Of a stretch of DNA of 64,000 bases, positions 18,269 to 27,775 are shown piece after piece. Made by a program: the position numbers and the translations under genes. Within the stretch, counting starts at the first letter, position 1; each line of letters starts with the position of its first letter. Source of the stretch: Leptolyngbyaceae cyanobacterium (lineage in GTDB: Bacteria > Cyanobacteriota > Cyanobacteriia > Phormidesmidales > Phormidesmidaceae); assembly GCA_965263355.1 (NCBI GenBank), contig CBDHHL010000048.1:1-64000 (forward strand), given 5' to 3'. A model generated the notes under the pieces. That model did no database searches, was not told the origin of the DNA, and saw nothing but the letters and a program-made list of their open reading frames with translations.

Positions 18269-18961
18269 TTGTTCATGATTATGGTGGCTCAGGCTCGCCC
18301 CAGTGAGCGAGCAGAATTTATTAAGCGCACATACACCCATCTTGCTGGGGCTGTAGGCGCATTTGTAGTGGTTGAGTTTTTGTTTTTTCAGCTGGGTATT
18401 GCTGACTTCCTAGCAAGTATCTTTCTTGGTGGTAGTCGGTTTGGCTGGATGGCCTTGCTTGGAGGCTTTGCACTACTGGGTTATTTGGCCAGTAATATGA
18501 CAGCTAAAGCTGATGATGTAAATACCCAATACATGGGCTTGGGGTTATATGTTGTCGGTGAAGCAATTATCTTTGCTCCCTTGCTTTACATGGCAGTTGC
18601 CTTTTCTGATCCATCAGTTCTGCCTACTGCAACAGTGATTACCCTATTTTTATTTGGTGGTCTAACAGCAGTAGCCTTTACCTCGGGTAAAGACTTTTCG
18701 TTTTTGGGCGGCATCCTCAAAATTGCTGGGATGATCGCCTTGGGCCTGATTGTTTGCAGCCTGCTGTTTGGCTTTACGTTGGGCCTGATCTTCTCGTTCT
18801 TTATGGTGGCCTTTGCTGGGGCAGCAATTTTGTACAAAACATCCAATGTGATGCATCACTACTCCACAACTCAACATGTGGCAGCGTCCTTAGAACTGTT
18901 TGCTGCAGTCATGCTTCTGTTCTGGTATGTCTTGCGTATCGTGATGTCCTCTCGTCGTTAG
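18269..18961 (+). CDS. Bax inhibitor-1/YccA family membrane protein
   Basis: RAEFIKRTYTHL, KDFSFLG and 7 TM segments. Confidence 0.85.
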   Translation: MFMIMVAQARPSERAEFIKRTYTHLAGAVGAFVVVEFLFFQLGIADFLASIFLGGSRFGWMALLGGFALLGYLASNMTAKADDVNTQYMGLGLYVVGEAIIFAPLLYMAVAFSDPSVLPTATVITLFLFGGLTAVAFTSGKDFSFLGGILKIAGMIALGLIVCSLLFGFTLGLIFSFFMVAFAGAAILYKTSNVMHHYSTTQHVAASLELFAAVMLLFWYVLRIVMSSRR

Positions 18962-18977
18962 AAATTAGAACGTTACT

Positions 18978-19007
18978 TGCAGGGGTTGGCATGCCACCCC
19001 CTCTGCA
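18978..19007. terminator. Probable bidirectional terminator hairpin
   Basis: TGCAGGGGTTGGCATGCCACCCCCTCTGCA imperfect palindrome between convergent genes. Confidence 0.5.
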
Positions 19008-19014
19008 GATAACG

Positions 19015-19617
19015 TTATTCCATTAAATTCAGAATTTCATTGCCAACGGCCTCATACTCCTGCCAGCCTTTTTCAGACCGCTGATCCTTCACAGAATAGA
19101 CCGGTACCCCCTGCATAGCCGCTTTTTGAAACGCGGCTAATCGTCCAACCCCAGCATTAAACGTTGGTATATCAGCTTCTTTGAGTAGTTTCTTAACTTC
19201 GTCACCAGCTCGACTGGGCTTGGGTGGAATGGACGTAATCAAGATACGATACTGGTTGGTCTGAATCGACTTGAGATACTCAATCGTTAAAACCAATGCA
19301 TCTAAAGACAGAATATCTGGCATGGTCGGCAATACTAGTAAATCGCAGGTATTGGCCAATGCAGCCAGGTCTTCAGTAGTCGGTCGGGCTTGAGTATCAA
19401 TAATCACATGCTCATAAGTCTCTGTTTGAGTTTCGGCCTGCCATTGATCCACCACTTCAAACGGCAACTCGCCACGACTAGCCCAACCCAAAGCGGAACA
19501 ATTGGGATCGGCATCAATGAGCAATGTTTTTCCTTTACCTTGGAAAAATGCGGCTAAGTGAATGGCAGTAGTGGTTTTACCCACACCACCTTTAAAGCTG
19601 GCTACCGTAATAATCAT
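19015..19617 (-). CDS. ParA-family ATPase (orphan)
   Basis: Deviant Walker A KGGVGKTT, LIDAD and VIIDT motifs. Confidence 0.9.
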   Translation of the reverse strand: MIITVASFKGGVGKTTTAIHLAAFFQGKGKTLLIDADPNCSALGWASRGELPFEVVDQWQAETQTETYEHVIIDTQARPTTEDLAALANTCDLLVLPTMPDILSLDALVLTIEYLKSIQTNQYRILITSIPPKPSRAGDEVKKLLKEADIPTFNAGVGRLAAFQKAAMQGVPVYSVKDQRSEKGWQEYEAVGNEILNLME

Positions 19618-19726
19618 GCGGTGGTGCCTATCCTGAACTCAGTGTTAACTCGCTATTAGATTAACGATACAGTTGGAAGGGCTTCCCATCCAAGGTTGGT
19701 TTCCACCACCCAATTTAACGTTAGCG

Positions 19727-20233
19727 ATGCTAAGGGCAACTTCAATTCAGTTACCGAGTTTTCAGGCTACCCAGCGCTTAGGCTGGCTAATGGGCAAGTA
19801 CTTACCAGCTGGAACAGTGCTCTTGCTATCAGGCCCTTTAGGTAGTGGCAAAACTTGTTTGACCCAGGGTTTAGGGGCAGGTTTAGACATTCAGCAAACT
19901 ATCGATAGCCCTACCTTTACGTTAATCAATGAGTACTTGATGGGACGCATCCCTCTCTATCATGTCGATTTGTATCGCTTGGATAAGGCAGGGGCAGATA
20001 GTCTTTATTTAGAAACCTATTGGGATGGAGACGATGTCGAACCTGGAATCCTAGTAATTGAGTGGGCCGAGCGGTTACAGTATTTGCCTGAGAAACCCAT
20101 TACTTTGAGTCTGGCTTACTCAGGTAATGGTCGCCAAGCTACACTGACTTGGCCCATAGACTGGCACGATGAGGTTTGGAATCACCTACAGGAAGGATTG
20201 AAACACGATGAAGTACTGGTTGATGAAGTCTGA
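19727..20233 (+). CDS. tsaE: tRNA t6A biosynthesis ATPase TsaE
   Basis: GPLGSGKT, SPTFTLI, HVDLYRL and IEWAE motifs. Confidence 0.93.
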   Translation: MLRATSIQLPSFQATQRLGWLMGKYLPAGTVLLLSGPLGSGKTCLTQGLGAGLDIQQTIDSPTFTLINEYLMGRIPLYHVDLYRLDKAGADSLYLETYWDGDDVEPGILVIEWAERLQYLPEKPITLSLAYSGNGRQATLTWPIDWHDEVWNHLQEGLKHDEVLVDEV

Positions 20234-20663
20234 ACCAGATGTGTATAGCATTGACGACTTGGAACGCGATCGCAACGAAATCTGGGACGGTGTGCGGAAC
20301 TATCAGGCTCGCAACTTTTTAAAGTCCATGACTGTGGATGACATCGCCTTCTTCTACCATTCCAATACCAAACCTCCAGGCATTGCCGGTCTGATGAAAA
20401 TCAGTGAAGAAATGGTGGTTGACCCTACACAATTTGACCAAACCAGCAAATATTACGACCCTAAATCTACGCCCAGCGATCCTCGTTGGCACACAGTCAC
20501 AGTAACTTATCTCGAAACCTTCGAACACTATATCAGCCTCAATGAACTCAAAGAGAATTTTGAACCCGATGACCTTCAGGTTGTTAAACGAGGCAATCGC
20601 TTATCAGTAATGCCAGTGACAGAGGCAGTGGCCAAACAAATTTTGGCTCTGGCTAAGCCGTAA
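20208..20663 (+). CDS. EVE domain protein
   Basis: YWLMKSEP, WDGVRNYQARN, FYHS and RLSVMPV motifs. Confidence 0.93.
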   Translation: MKYWLMKSEPDVYSIDDLERDRNEIWDGVRNYQARNFLKSMTVDDIAFFYHSNTKPPGIAGLMKISEEMVVDPTQFDQTSKYYDPKSTPSDPRWHTVTVTYLETFEHYISLNELKENFEPDDLQVVKRGNRLSVMPVTEAVAKQILALAKP

Positions 20664-20673
20664 AATCTCTTAC
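20660..20673. promoter_or_regulatory. Possible NtcA site upstream of amt
   Basis: GTA-aaatctct-TAC (GTA-N8-TAC) about 220 bp upstream of amt. It overlaps the EVE stop codon and lacks a clean -10 box 22-23 nt downstream. Confidence 0.3.
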
Positions 20674-20700
20674 GTGCATTCCGTAAGTTGTTCTAACAGC

Positions 20701-20731
20701 AGAAATTGCTGAGCTAAAGTAAGCAATTTCT
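20701..20731 (+). terminator. Hairpin after tsaE-EVE
   Basis: AGAAATTGCT...AGCAATTTCT 10-bp stem. Confidence 0.5.
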
Positions 20732-20894
20732 ATTAGTTTTCTTGATTAGCTCTGTCTACTGTATGAGAGAACCAAACCTCTCTGGGAAATATAGGTTTAT
20801 TAACCCTCACACAGGGTACTCAACAGTGTTACGTCTATCATCACGGCGTTATCCCTTAACAGCTACCTAAGTGTGACCATAGAACGATTTTCCT

Positions 20895-22394
20895 ATGATG
20901 AGACAGTTTCGCCAGAATCGTTTAGGGTGGCGGCCTACCCTATTACTAGCCGTTGCTATTTGGTTAGTTTGGAACGGAGCCGTACTAGCTGCAGATAGTA
21001 CTCCCGAACCGTTGCCCAACTCTCTTCAAGTAACGGTAGATACGATTTGGGTCCTGATATGTGCAACTCTTGCGTTTTTTATGAATGCTGGGTTTGCCAT
21101 GCTAGAAACCGGCTTTTGTCAAAGTAAAAATGCAGTAAATGTCCTTACCAAAAATTTAATTGTATTTGGTGTTGTTTCCATATGTTTCTGGGCTGTTGGT
21201 TTTGCCATTATGTTCGGAGATGGCAACGCTGTTATCGGCTATTCTGGCTTCTTTTTGCGTGGTCTAGATTTAAGTCCATTAACAGATGATAGCTACAGTG
21301 GCGTTTTCAGCTCCCTAGCCTGGGCTGGTATCCCCTTAGATGCCAAATTCTTTTTCCAATTAGTCTTTGCAGGGGCTGCAGCGACAATTGTATCCGGTGC
21401 AGTTGCTGAACGTATCTCATTCTTTGCCTTCTTCACCTTCAGTGCCATTCTATCCCTAGTTATCTATCCAATAGTAGGCCATTGGATTTGGGGCGGTGGT
21501 TTTCTTCAGAGCATGGGGTTTTGGGATTTTGCCGGCTCAACCGTAGTCCATAGTGTAGGTGGCTGGTCAGCGCTGACAGGAGCCTGGTTGTTAGGTCCAC
21601 GAGTTGGTCGCTACAGCGAAGATAGCCCTGATATGCCAGGCCATAATCTTGCGATCGCTACCTTGGGTGGATTAATTTTATGGTTTGGCTGGTTTGGATT
21701 CAATGCAGGTTCTAGCATGGCAGCAGACCCAGCAGCAGCTAGCCGAATTATTTTAACCACTAATCTAGCAGCCTCGACTGGAGCCGTAGCAGCCGCTATT
21801 GTATCTTGGTTAGCCACCAGCAAGCCAAACCTCAGCATGATTATCAATGGCGCACTAGCCGGCTTGGTCTCAATTACCGCTGGCTGTGCCTATGTCTCCC
21901 CTACAAGTGCCATCATTATTGGTTTTATCGGAGGTATGTTTGCAGTCTTTGCAGAGAGTTTCTTTAACCGCTTACGCATTGACGACCCGGTAGGTGCTCT
22001 TCCTGTTCATTTAGTCGGTGGAATCTGGGGCACACTTGCTGTTGGTTTGTTTAGTGTTGGTCCTAATGTCAATTCTTGGCACTCCCAAACATCAGGTCCA
22101 GCCCTCGGATTTTTGATTGGAGGTGAGTTCAAACTTGTTTTCATTCAACTGGCAGGCATTGTTATCGTAGCTATCTTTGTGGGAATGAGTAGCCTGCTCA
22201 GTTGGTCAATACTGCAAATGACCTTTGGCCTACGTGTAGCTCACCATGCTGAATCCATAGGATTAGATCTGAGTGAGCATGGCATAGCAGCTTATCCAGA
22301 ATTTTCTCAGCATACTCTATCACCCAATACCCTTTTTGACGCCCCCATCCAAGAAAACTTCTTTCAAGCAACTGCTCCAATATCTGAGCAATAA
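20895..22394 (+). CDS. amt: Ammonium transporter (Amt family)
   Basis: FMNAGFAMLE; DFAGSTVVH and DDPVGALPVH (twin His retained); WFGWFGFN; GLDLSEHG. Confidence 0.95.
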   Translation: MMRQFRQNRLGWRPTLLLAVAIWLVWNGAVLAADSTPEPLPNSLQVTVDTIWVLICATLAFFMNAGFAMLETGFCQSKNAVNVLTKNLIVFGVVSICFWAVGFAIMFGDGNAVIGYSGFFLRGLDLSPLTDDSYSGVFSSLAWAGIPLDAKFFFQLVFAGAAATIVSGAVAERISFFAFFTFSAILSLVIYPIVGHWIWGGGFLQSMGFWDFAGSTVVHSVGGWSALTGAWLLGPRVGRYSEDSPDMPGHNLAIATLGGLILWFGWFGFNAGSSMAADPAAASRIILTTNLAASTGAVAAAIVSWLATSKPNLSMIINGALAGLVSITAGCAYVSPTSAIIIGFIGGMFAVFAESFFNRLRIDDPVGALPVHLVGGIWGTLAVGLFSVGPNVNSWHSQTSGPALGFLIGGEFKLVFIQLAGIVIVAIFVGMSSLLSWSILQMTFGLRVAHHAESIGLDLSEHGIAAYPEFSQHTLSPNTLFDAPIQENFFQATAPISEQ

Positions 22395-22499
22395 GGAGTT
22401 AAACAATACCTGCAACAAACTACTCAGCTCTTCTCAAGTTTGATTGCCACGGGGGGACTAACTAGTAGCACTTGCACATCTGTTTACCCTGTTTATGCA

Positions 22500-23702
22500 A
22501 TGACAATATCAATGACCACCCAAAAGTCTGTCATCCCCGTAAGTGATTTTACAGCTACCAAACAAAGTCGACTTTTTGGCCTGCTTAAACAAAGTCAGTT
22601 CAATGGGCAGTTACAACTAACTGCCAGAAACACTAGGTGGACATTTGAGTTTTACATGGGGCGATTGCTGTATGTCACGGGCGGCAGACAGCCCATGCGT
22701 CGTTGGTATCGCTACCTTAGGTCCTTTTGCCCCGATCTTTACGCAGAACTATCGACCCTTAAAACAGAACTAATAAAATGCTCTAAAAGCGAAAGTGTAA
22801 AGAGTTTTCATTGCTGGGAATATAAGCTTTTAGGATTCTGGTATAACCAACAAAAGATATCCCGTAAACAAATCAGTCAAATCATTGAAAATATCTTTAT
22901 TGAGGTTTTTTTTGATATCAACCAAACACGTGAAGTAGTTTATCAAACCCAAGCTGAAAATCAATTGTCAAATCAGCTTTTATTGATAAATGCTGATATC
23001 GTCATCTGTAAAGCCGGAAATCTCTGGAAATCTTGGTTTGAAGCTAAATTAGGAGAGCGTTCTCCTGATTTAGCCCCGATTATTCGACACCCGCTAGAAC
23101 TCAAAAAACAAGTCCCTGCTCCTTTATACCGCAACCTCACCATGATGCTTACAGGCCAGCAGACTCTGAGAGATCTTAGCGTCAAGCTCAATCGCGACAT
23201 TGTATCTCTTACAGCGTCTTTATTACCTTATGTACAACAGGGCGTAGTAGAACTAATTGAACTTGATGATTTAGAAATTCCAATACCACCCTCTAAATCG
23301 ATAGAAGCCTCTCCACAAGGGCCTTTGATTGCCTGTATAGACGACAGTCCAGCAATTTGTAGAGCTTTAGAAAAAGTACTAGGAACAGCAGACTATCAGA
23401 CCCATTGTGTGCAAGATCCTTTAAGGGCAATCACAGTACTATTATCAAAAAAGCCTGCTCTAATTTTCTTAGACCTCGTTATGCCTGGCACTAATGGCTA
23501 TGAGTTGTGCAGTCAGCTGCGGAAAATATCTTGCTTTAGAGAAACGCCCATTGTAATTTTGACCGGTAACGATGGAGTTATTGATCGAGTGCGTGCCAAA
23601 ATGGTAGGCGCATCAGCGTTTCTAAGTAAGCCTATTAATCCACATCAAGTTTTATCTGTTGTTGAAAGACAGCTTTCTAAACAAGCAGTCGTCGAAATAT
23701 AA
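22500..23702 (+). CDS. PatA-family response regulator (PixG/TaxP-like)
   Basis: PATAN region plus canonical REC (CIDDS...LIFLDLVMP...KP). Confidence 0.9.
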   Translation: MTISMTTQKSVIPVSDFTATKQSRLFGLLKQSQFNGQLQLTARNTRWTFEFYMGRLLYVTGGRQPMRRWYRYLRSFCPDLYAELSTLKTELIKCSKSESVKSFHCWEYKLLGFWYNQQKISRKQISQIIENIFIEVFFDINQTREVVYQTQAENQLSNQLLLINADIVICKAGNLWKSWFEAKLGERSPDLAPIIRHPLELKKQVPAPLYRNLTMMLTGQQTLRDLSVKLNRDIVSLTASLLPYVQQGVVELIELDDLEIPIPPSKSIEASPQGPLIACIDDSPAICRALEKVLGTADYQTHCVQDPLRAITVLLSKKPALIFLDLVMPGTNGYELCSQLRKISCFRETPIVILTGNDGVIDRVRAKMVGASAFLSKPINPHQVLSVVERQLSKQAVVEI

Positions 23703-23859
23703 ACAGGCCTATTTTCTTTTCGAAGATAATTCCATTGCTTTAGGAGTGAATTGCCACTCAGGTGTGACAACTGGGAATAATGTTAAAGAGATGTTCTAGG
23801 CATTCACTGTAAGGATTCGCTCAGATTATTTCTTGTATTTACTGAAATAGGATAAATCC

Positions 23860-24225
23860 ATGGGATTAGCACTGGTTGTTGATGATTCTAAAACAATTTT
23901 AGAGATGTTAGCTAAATGTTTAGCCCAGGATGGTTTGACAGTAATGACAGCGACTAACGGTGCCGATGCATTAGCACAATTAAATGCCCAGACACCTGAC
24001 ATTATCGTATTGGATGTAGTGTTACCAGATCGTAGTGGTTTTGAAATTTGCCGCGATCTTAAAGCAGAAGACACAACCCGCAATATCCCTATCATCATTT
24101 GCTCCACCAAGGATACTGATATGGATAAGTTTTGGGGTAAAAAGCAGGGAGCTGACGCATACCTCACAAAACCTATTGATCAAGCAGAGTTATCTAAAAC
24201 AGTTAAACAACTTATTAGCCACTAG
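23860..24225 (+). CDS. CheY/PilH-like single-domain response regulator
   Basis: VVDDS, VLDVVLP and DKFWGKKQGADAYLTKP. Confidence 0.92.
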   Translation: MGLALVVDDSKTILEMLAKCLAQDGLTVMTATNGADALAQLNAQTPDIIVLDVVLPDRSGFEICRDLKAEDTTRNIPIIICSTKDTDMDKFWGKKQGADAYLTKPIDQAELSKTVKQLISH

Positions 24226-24306
24226 AGAAACTTTGTAGAGATATTCAATATAAACACCAATCTCCACAATTAGGATTAACCAAATACTTTATAGTCATTG
24301 AAAATC

Positions 24307-24810
24307 ATGCGACTGCCCACACAGGAGTTATCCCAGGCATCAGCCGTAGACCAATATTTACAGTTTAATCTACTGGCTGATATGACAGCACTATTACCTA
24401 TAACTCAGTTGGCAGCAGTACTGAAAATCGAAGCAGGACAGATTACGGCAATTCCTCATTTACCTGCTTGGGTGATGGGAGTTTATAACTGGCGTGGTGA
24501 AGTTCTCTGGATTGTAGATATTGGACATCTATTAGGAGGAATTCCTTGGTATCAACAAACCACTCTACCCACTCACTACCAAACCTTACTATTAGAACAA
24601 TCATTGCTAGAAACATCCGAACAGCAACACCTTGGTTTAGTTGTCCCTCAGGTAGAAGGTATAGAATCACTATCTCTCGATACCATTCAATCTCCATCAG
24701 CCATATCTGAGTCGTTAGTGCCATTTTTGCGCGGATACTGGCTAGGAGCTACCGGTGAAATCCTAATGCTACTTGATGGTCCAGCAATTTTTGACCATAT
24801 GCCAACGTAA
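24307..24810 (+). CDS. cheW: CheW adaptor
   Basis: [23 protein letters not shown]. Confidence 0.92.
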   Translation: MRLPTQELSQASAVDQYLQFNLLADMTALLPITQLAAVLKIEAGQITAIPHLPAWVMGVYNWRGEVLWIVDIGHLLGGIPWYQQTTLPTHYQTLLLEQSLLETSEQQHLGLVVPQVEGIESLSLDTIQSPSAISESLVPFLRGYWLGATGEILMLLDGPAIFDHMPT

Positions 24811-24850
24811 TTCTCCACATTACCCGATTATTAGAATTCAAGGATTTTTC

Positions 24851-27724
24851 ATGACGTTAATTACACCTCAACATCCTAGCAACAACAATCATTCCTTCAA
24901 TGAAAACATTATTACAAATCAGTCCGATGAACTACTTGCCAGTTTAATTACTAAACCTCGAGCAGAAAGCCTATCACACTTAACACACAACAATAAATCT
25001 ATGTCTCGCCAAGGCAAACTAAACGCTTGGTGGAATAGAATAGGATTAAGGACAAAAGCATCATTATTGGCGGTATTGTTAGGCACATTACCAGTCATTG
25101 GTGTGGGCACAATTGCTTACAACATTGCCAATCAGGAAGCAGAGGACAAGCTAGAAGAATTAGAAAGAGTGCGTGTAAGTGATCTACAGTCAACCGTAAA
25201 TGCTTTTACAAAAGATCGCTATTCAGATATTCAGTTCTTAGCAAACTTAGAAATTTTTATCGATCCCAAATTACGCATTACAATTACGGCTCAACAAAAA
25301 TCCGAAATTTTAGATCAAATGATGTCAGCCTATGATGGCATTTATAGCAGCATCGCTTTTTTTGATCTTCAAGGTAATCCTATAGCTCAAACATCTGAAG
25401 GTAAAAAGCTTACAAACCACCTCAATCGAGAATACATACAAGCTGCAAAATTAGCCAATGGGGCTATTTTGAGTCAACCATCAATCTCTACCACATCTGG
25501 TGAGTTCAGTATTTATTCTGCTTCCATCGTCAAGGATAAAGTTACTGGCCAACCAGTAGGCTACGTTCGTGCACGTATTCCCGTAGAATCATTGAGAAGC
25601 CTATTAAGTACCTTTGCAAACACTGGTAACAAATTCTATTTGGCCAACACTTCAGGAGATGTCTTTTTGTCCTCTGAAGCTGGCTACACTATCCCTGTGA
25701 ATTCTGCTGGTCAGGAGCTAAATTTAGCCAACGCTGAGAATGTTCAGGTTTTATCTCTGGTAGATATATTCCCTGATATTACTGGCATTATCCAAGGTGA
25801 TCGCAACTATACGGCCAAGACTAAGAACACCTTAACCGATACAGAAGAGATTGTCGCCTTTTCACCGTTTACCCATATAGATGGGCTACCTGATCTAAAT
25901 TGGAGGGCTATTACATCAATTGATGTGGACCTGGTAGCAGCAGCTCAGCGGCGTTTGTTCTTTGCGATCGCACTAGGTACATTAGCTGCTGCAGGTTTAG
26001 CAACAGGTTTAGCAATTTGGGTTACCCGTCGCTTCACACAGCCAATTTTGCAAGCTGCTGATGCTGTAACCAAAATTGGACAAGGAGATCTGCGCACCCG
26101 TCTAAATGTCACTGGACACGATGAAATCGCTCAGCTTAGCAGCAACATTAATCAAATGGCCGCGCAGCTTAAACAGTTCAATAACGAACAACAGGCAACT
26201 GCCCAAAAATCCCAACTACTTGCCTCAGCTACTACTATAACGGGCGATTTAAACAGTGAACAGAATCAGACTCAACTAGATCTCTTTGTTGAACAAGTAC
26301 GTACTTTTCTACGTGCTGACCGCATCGTACTATATCGCATAGAAGATGCTCAAATATCAGGACAGAACGAATCAACTACTGCAAATCAACTCAGTATTTT
26401 TGATGAAACAGTACCTGCTTTATTTATTTCTCAAACAGAAATTGAGAAATACACTAGTGGTCAATTATTAATTGCTGATGATGTTACTATTGCCGACTTA
26501 GCTGATAGTTTACGGTATCGATGGCAAGTACTCCAAGTCAAGTCAGCACTTCTAGTTCCCATTGTTAGTCAGGAACGCCTGTTTGGCTTGTTAACAATTC
26601 ACCATACTCAAAGTCTACACATTTGGGGAGCTTCGGAGATTAACTTCTGTACTCAACTGGGCCATCAACTTGGCGTCTTAATGACAGTCCAGGAATTTTC
26701 TTCTTTAGCAGTAGAACAAAAGTCTCTCAAGGAAAATCTGCAGAAGCGTGCTCTAGAACTCATGCTAGAAGTAGATCCCGTCAGTCAAGGAGATTTAACG
26801 GTAAGAGCCCAGGTCACAGCTGATGAAATTGGGACAATCGCCGATTCTTATAACGCAACTATTGCCAGTTTAAAGAAAATTGTTAGACAGGTTCAACTCT
26901 CTTCACAACAGGTAACGGCTACAGCTAGTCAAAATGAGGCTTCTGTTCAAGACCTTTCCCAAGCAGCTCAACAACAAACACAAGAAATTTCAGCTGCCCT
27001 TAAACAATTAGATCAAATGATTGAATCCATTCGAGAGGTGGCGGCCAATGCTGACCAAGCTGAGGCCATTGTCCAACAAACAACGGTGACTGTAGCCTCC
27101 GGGGATAAAGCCATGGACCGTGCTGTAGAAGGTATTCTCGCAATTCGAGAAACAGTAGCGGCAACAGCGAAAAAAGTAAAACGTTTAGGTGAGTCATCTC
27201 AGAAAATTTCTAGTGTGGTTAATCTTATTAATGAATTTGCCGCCCAAACTAACCTACTGGCTTTAAACGCATCGATTGAGGCAGCTCGTGCGGGTGAAGA
27301 AGGACGAGGTTTTGCAGTAGTTGCAGATGAGGTGCGCTCATTAGCACAACAGTCAGCAGAAGCCACTACCGAAATTGAAAATCTAGTCACTGAAATTCAA
27401 GCAGAGACTAATGATGTAGTGGAAGCCATGGAAATAGGTACAGAACAGGTAGTTATAGGCACACAATTAGTGGATGAAACTCGGGAGAGTTTAAATAGTA
27501 TTGCCAAAGTAACAACAGACATGAAAACCCTTGTAAATTCGATTAACCAAGCAACATTTTCCCAGTCTGAAAATTCTGAAAATGTGACCAAAGCCATGAA
27601 AGGTGTAGCCGATATTGCTCAGAAAACATCATCTGATGCCAATAAAGTATCAACCTCTTTCAAAGAGCTGCTAGAAATCTCCCAAGCCCTACAAGAAAGC
27701 GTGCGGCAGTTTAAAGTGAGTTAG
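24851..27724 (+). CDS. Methyl-accepting chemotaxis protein (TM-Cache-like-TM-HAMP-GAF-MA)
   Basis: Two TM helices flank an extracytoplasmic domain; HAMP (GDLRTRL...DEIAQL); GAF (ADRIVLY...LLVPI...LFGLL); signalling hairpin [27 protein letters not shown]. Confidence 0.93.
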   Translation: MTLITPQHPSNNNHSFNENIITNQSDELLASLITKPRAESLSHLTHNNKSMSRQGKLNAWWNRIGLRTKASLLAVLLGTLPVIGVGTIAYNIANQEAEDKLEELERVRVSDLQSTVNAFTKDRYSDIQFLANLEIFIDPKLRITITAQQKSEILDQMMSAYDGIYSSIAFFDLQGNPIAQTSEGKKLTNHLNREYIQAAKLANGAILSQPSISTTSGEFSIYSASIVKDKVTGQPVGYVRARIPVESLRSLLSTFANTGNKFYLANTSGDVFLSSEAGYTIPVNSAGQELNLANAENVQVLSLVDIFPDITGIIQGDRNYTAKTKNTLTDTEEIVAFSPFTHIDGLPDLNWRAITSIDVDLVAAAQRRLFFAIALGTLAAAGLATGLAIWVTRRFTQPILQAADAVTKIGQGDLRTRLNVTGHDEIAQLSSNINQMAAQLKQFNNEQQATAQKSQLLASATTITGDLNSEQNQTQLDLFVEQVRTFLRADRIVLYRIEDAQISGQNESTTANQLSIFDETVPALFISQTEIEKYTSGQLLIADDVTIADLADSLRYRWQVLQVKSALLVPIVSQERLFGLLTIHHTQSLHIWGASEINFCTQLGHQLGVLMTVQEFSSLAVEQKSLKENLQKRALELMLEVDPVSQGDLTVRAQVTADEIGTIADSYNATIASLKKIVRQVQLSSQQVTATASQNEASVQDLSQAAQQQTQEISAALKQLDQMIESIREVAANADQAEAIVQQTTVTVASGDKAMDRAVEGILAIRETVAATAKKVKRLGESSQKISSVVNLINEFAAQTNLLALNASIEAARAGEEGRGFAVVADEVRSLAQQSAEATTEIENLVTEIQAETNDVVEAMEIGTEQVVIGTQLVDETRESLNSIAKVTTDMKTLVNSINQATFSQSENSENVTKAMKGVADIAQKTSSDANKVSTSFKELLEISQALQESVRQFKVS

Positions 27725-27775
27725 GCCAGATTCAATAACAGTCTTTAAATCTTTGACCTCAATAATCTGTAGGTT

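Noticed and set aside
24851..27724. Calling the MCP a PixJ photoreceptor
   Set aside because: The GAF lacks the bilin-binding Cys-His motif.
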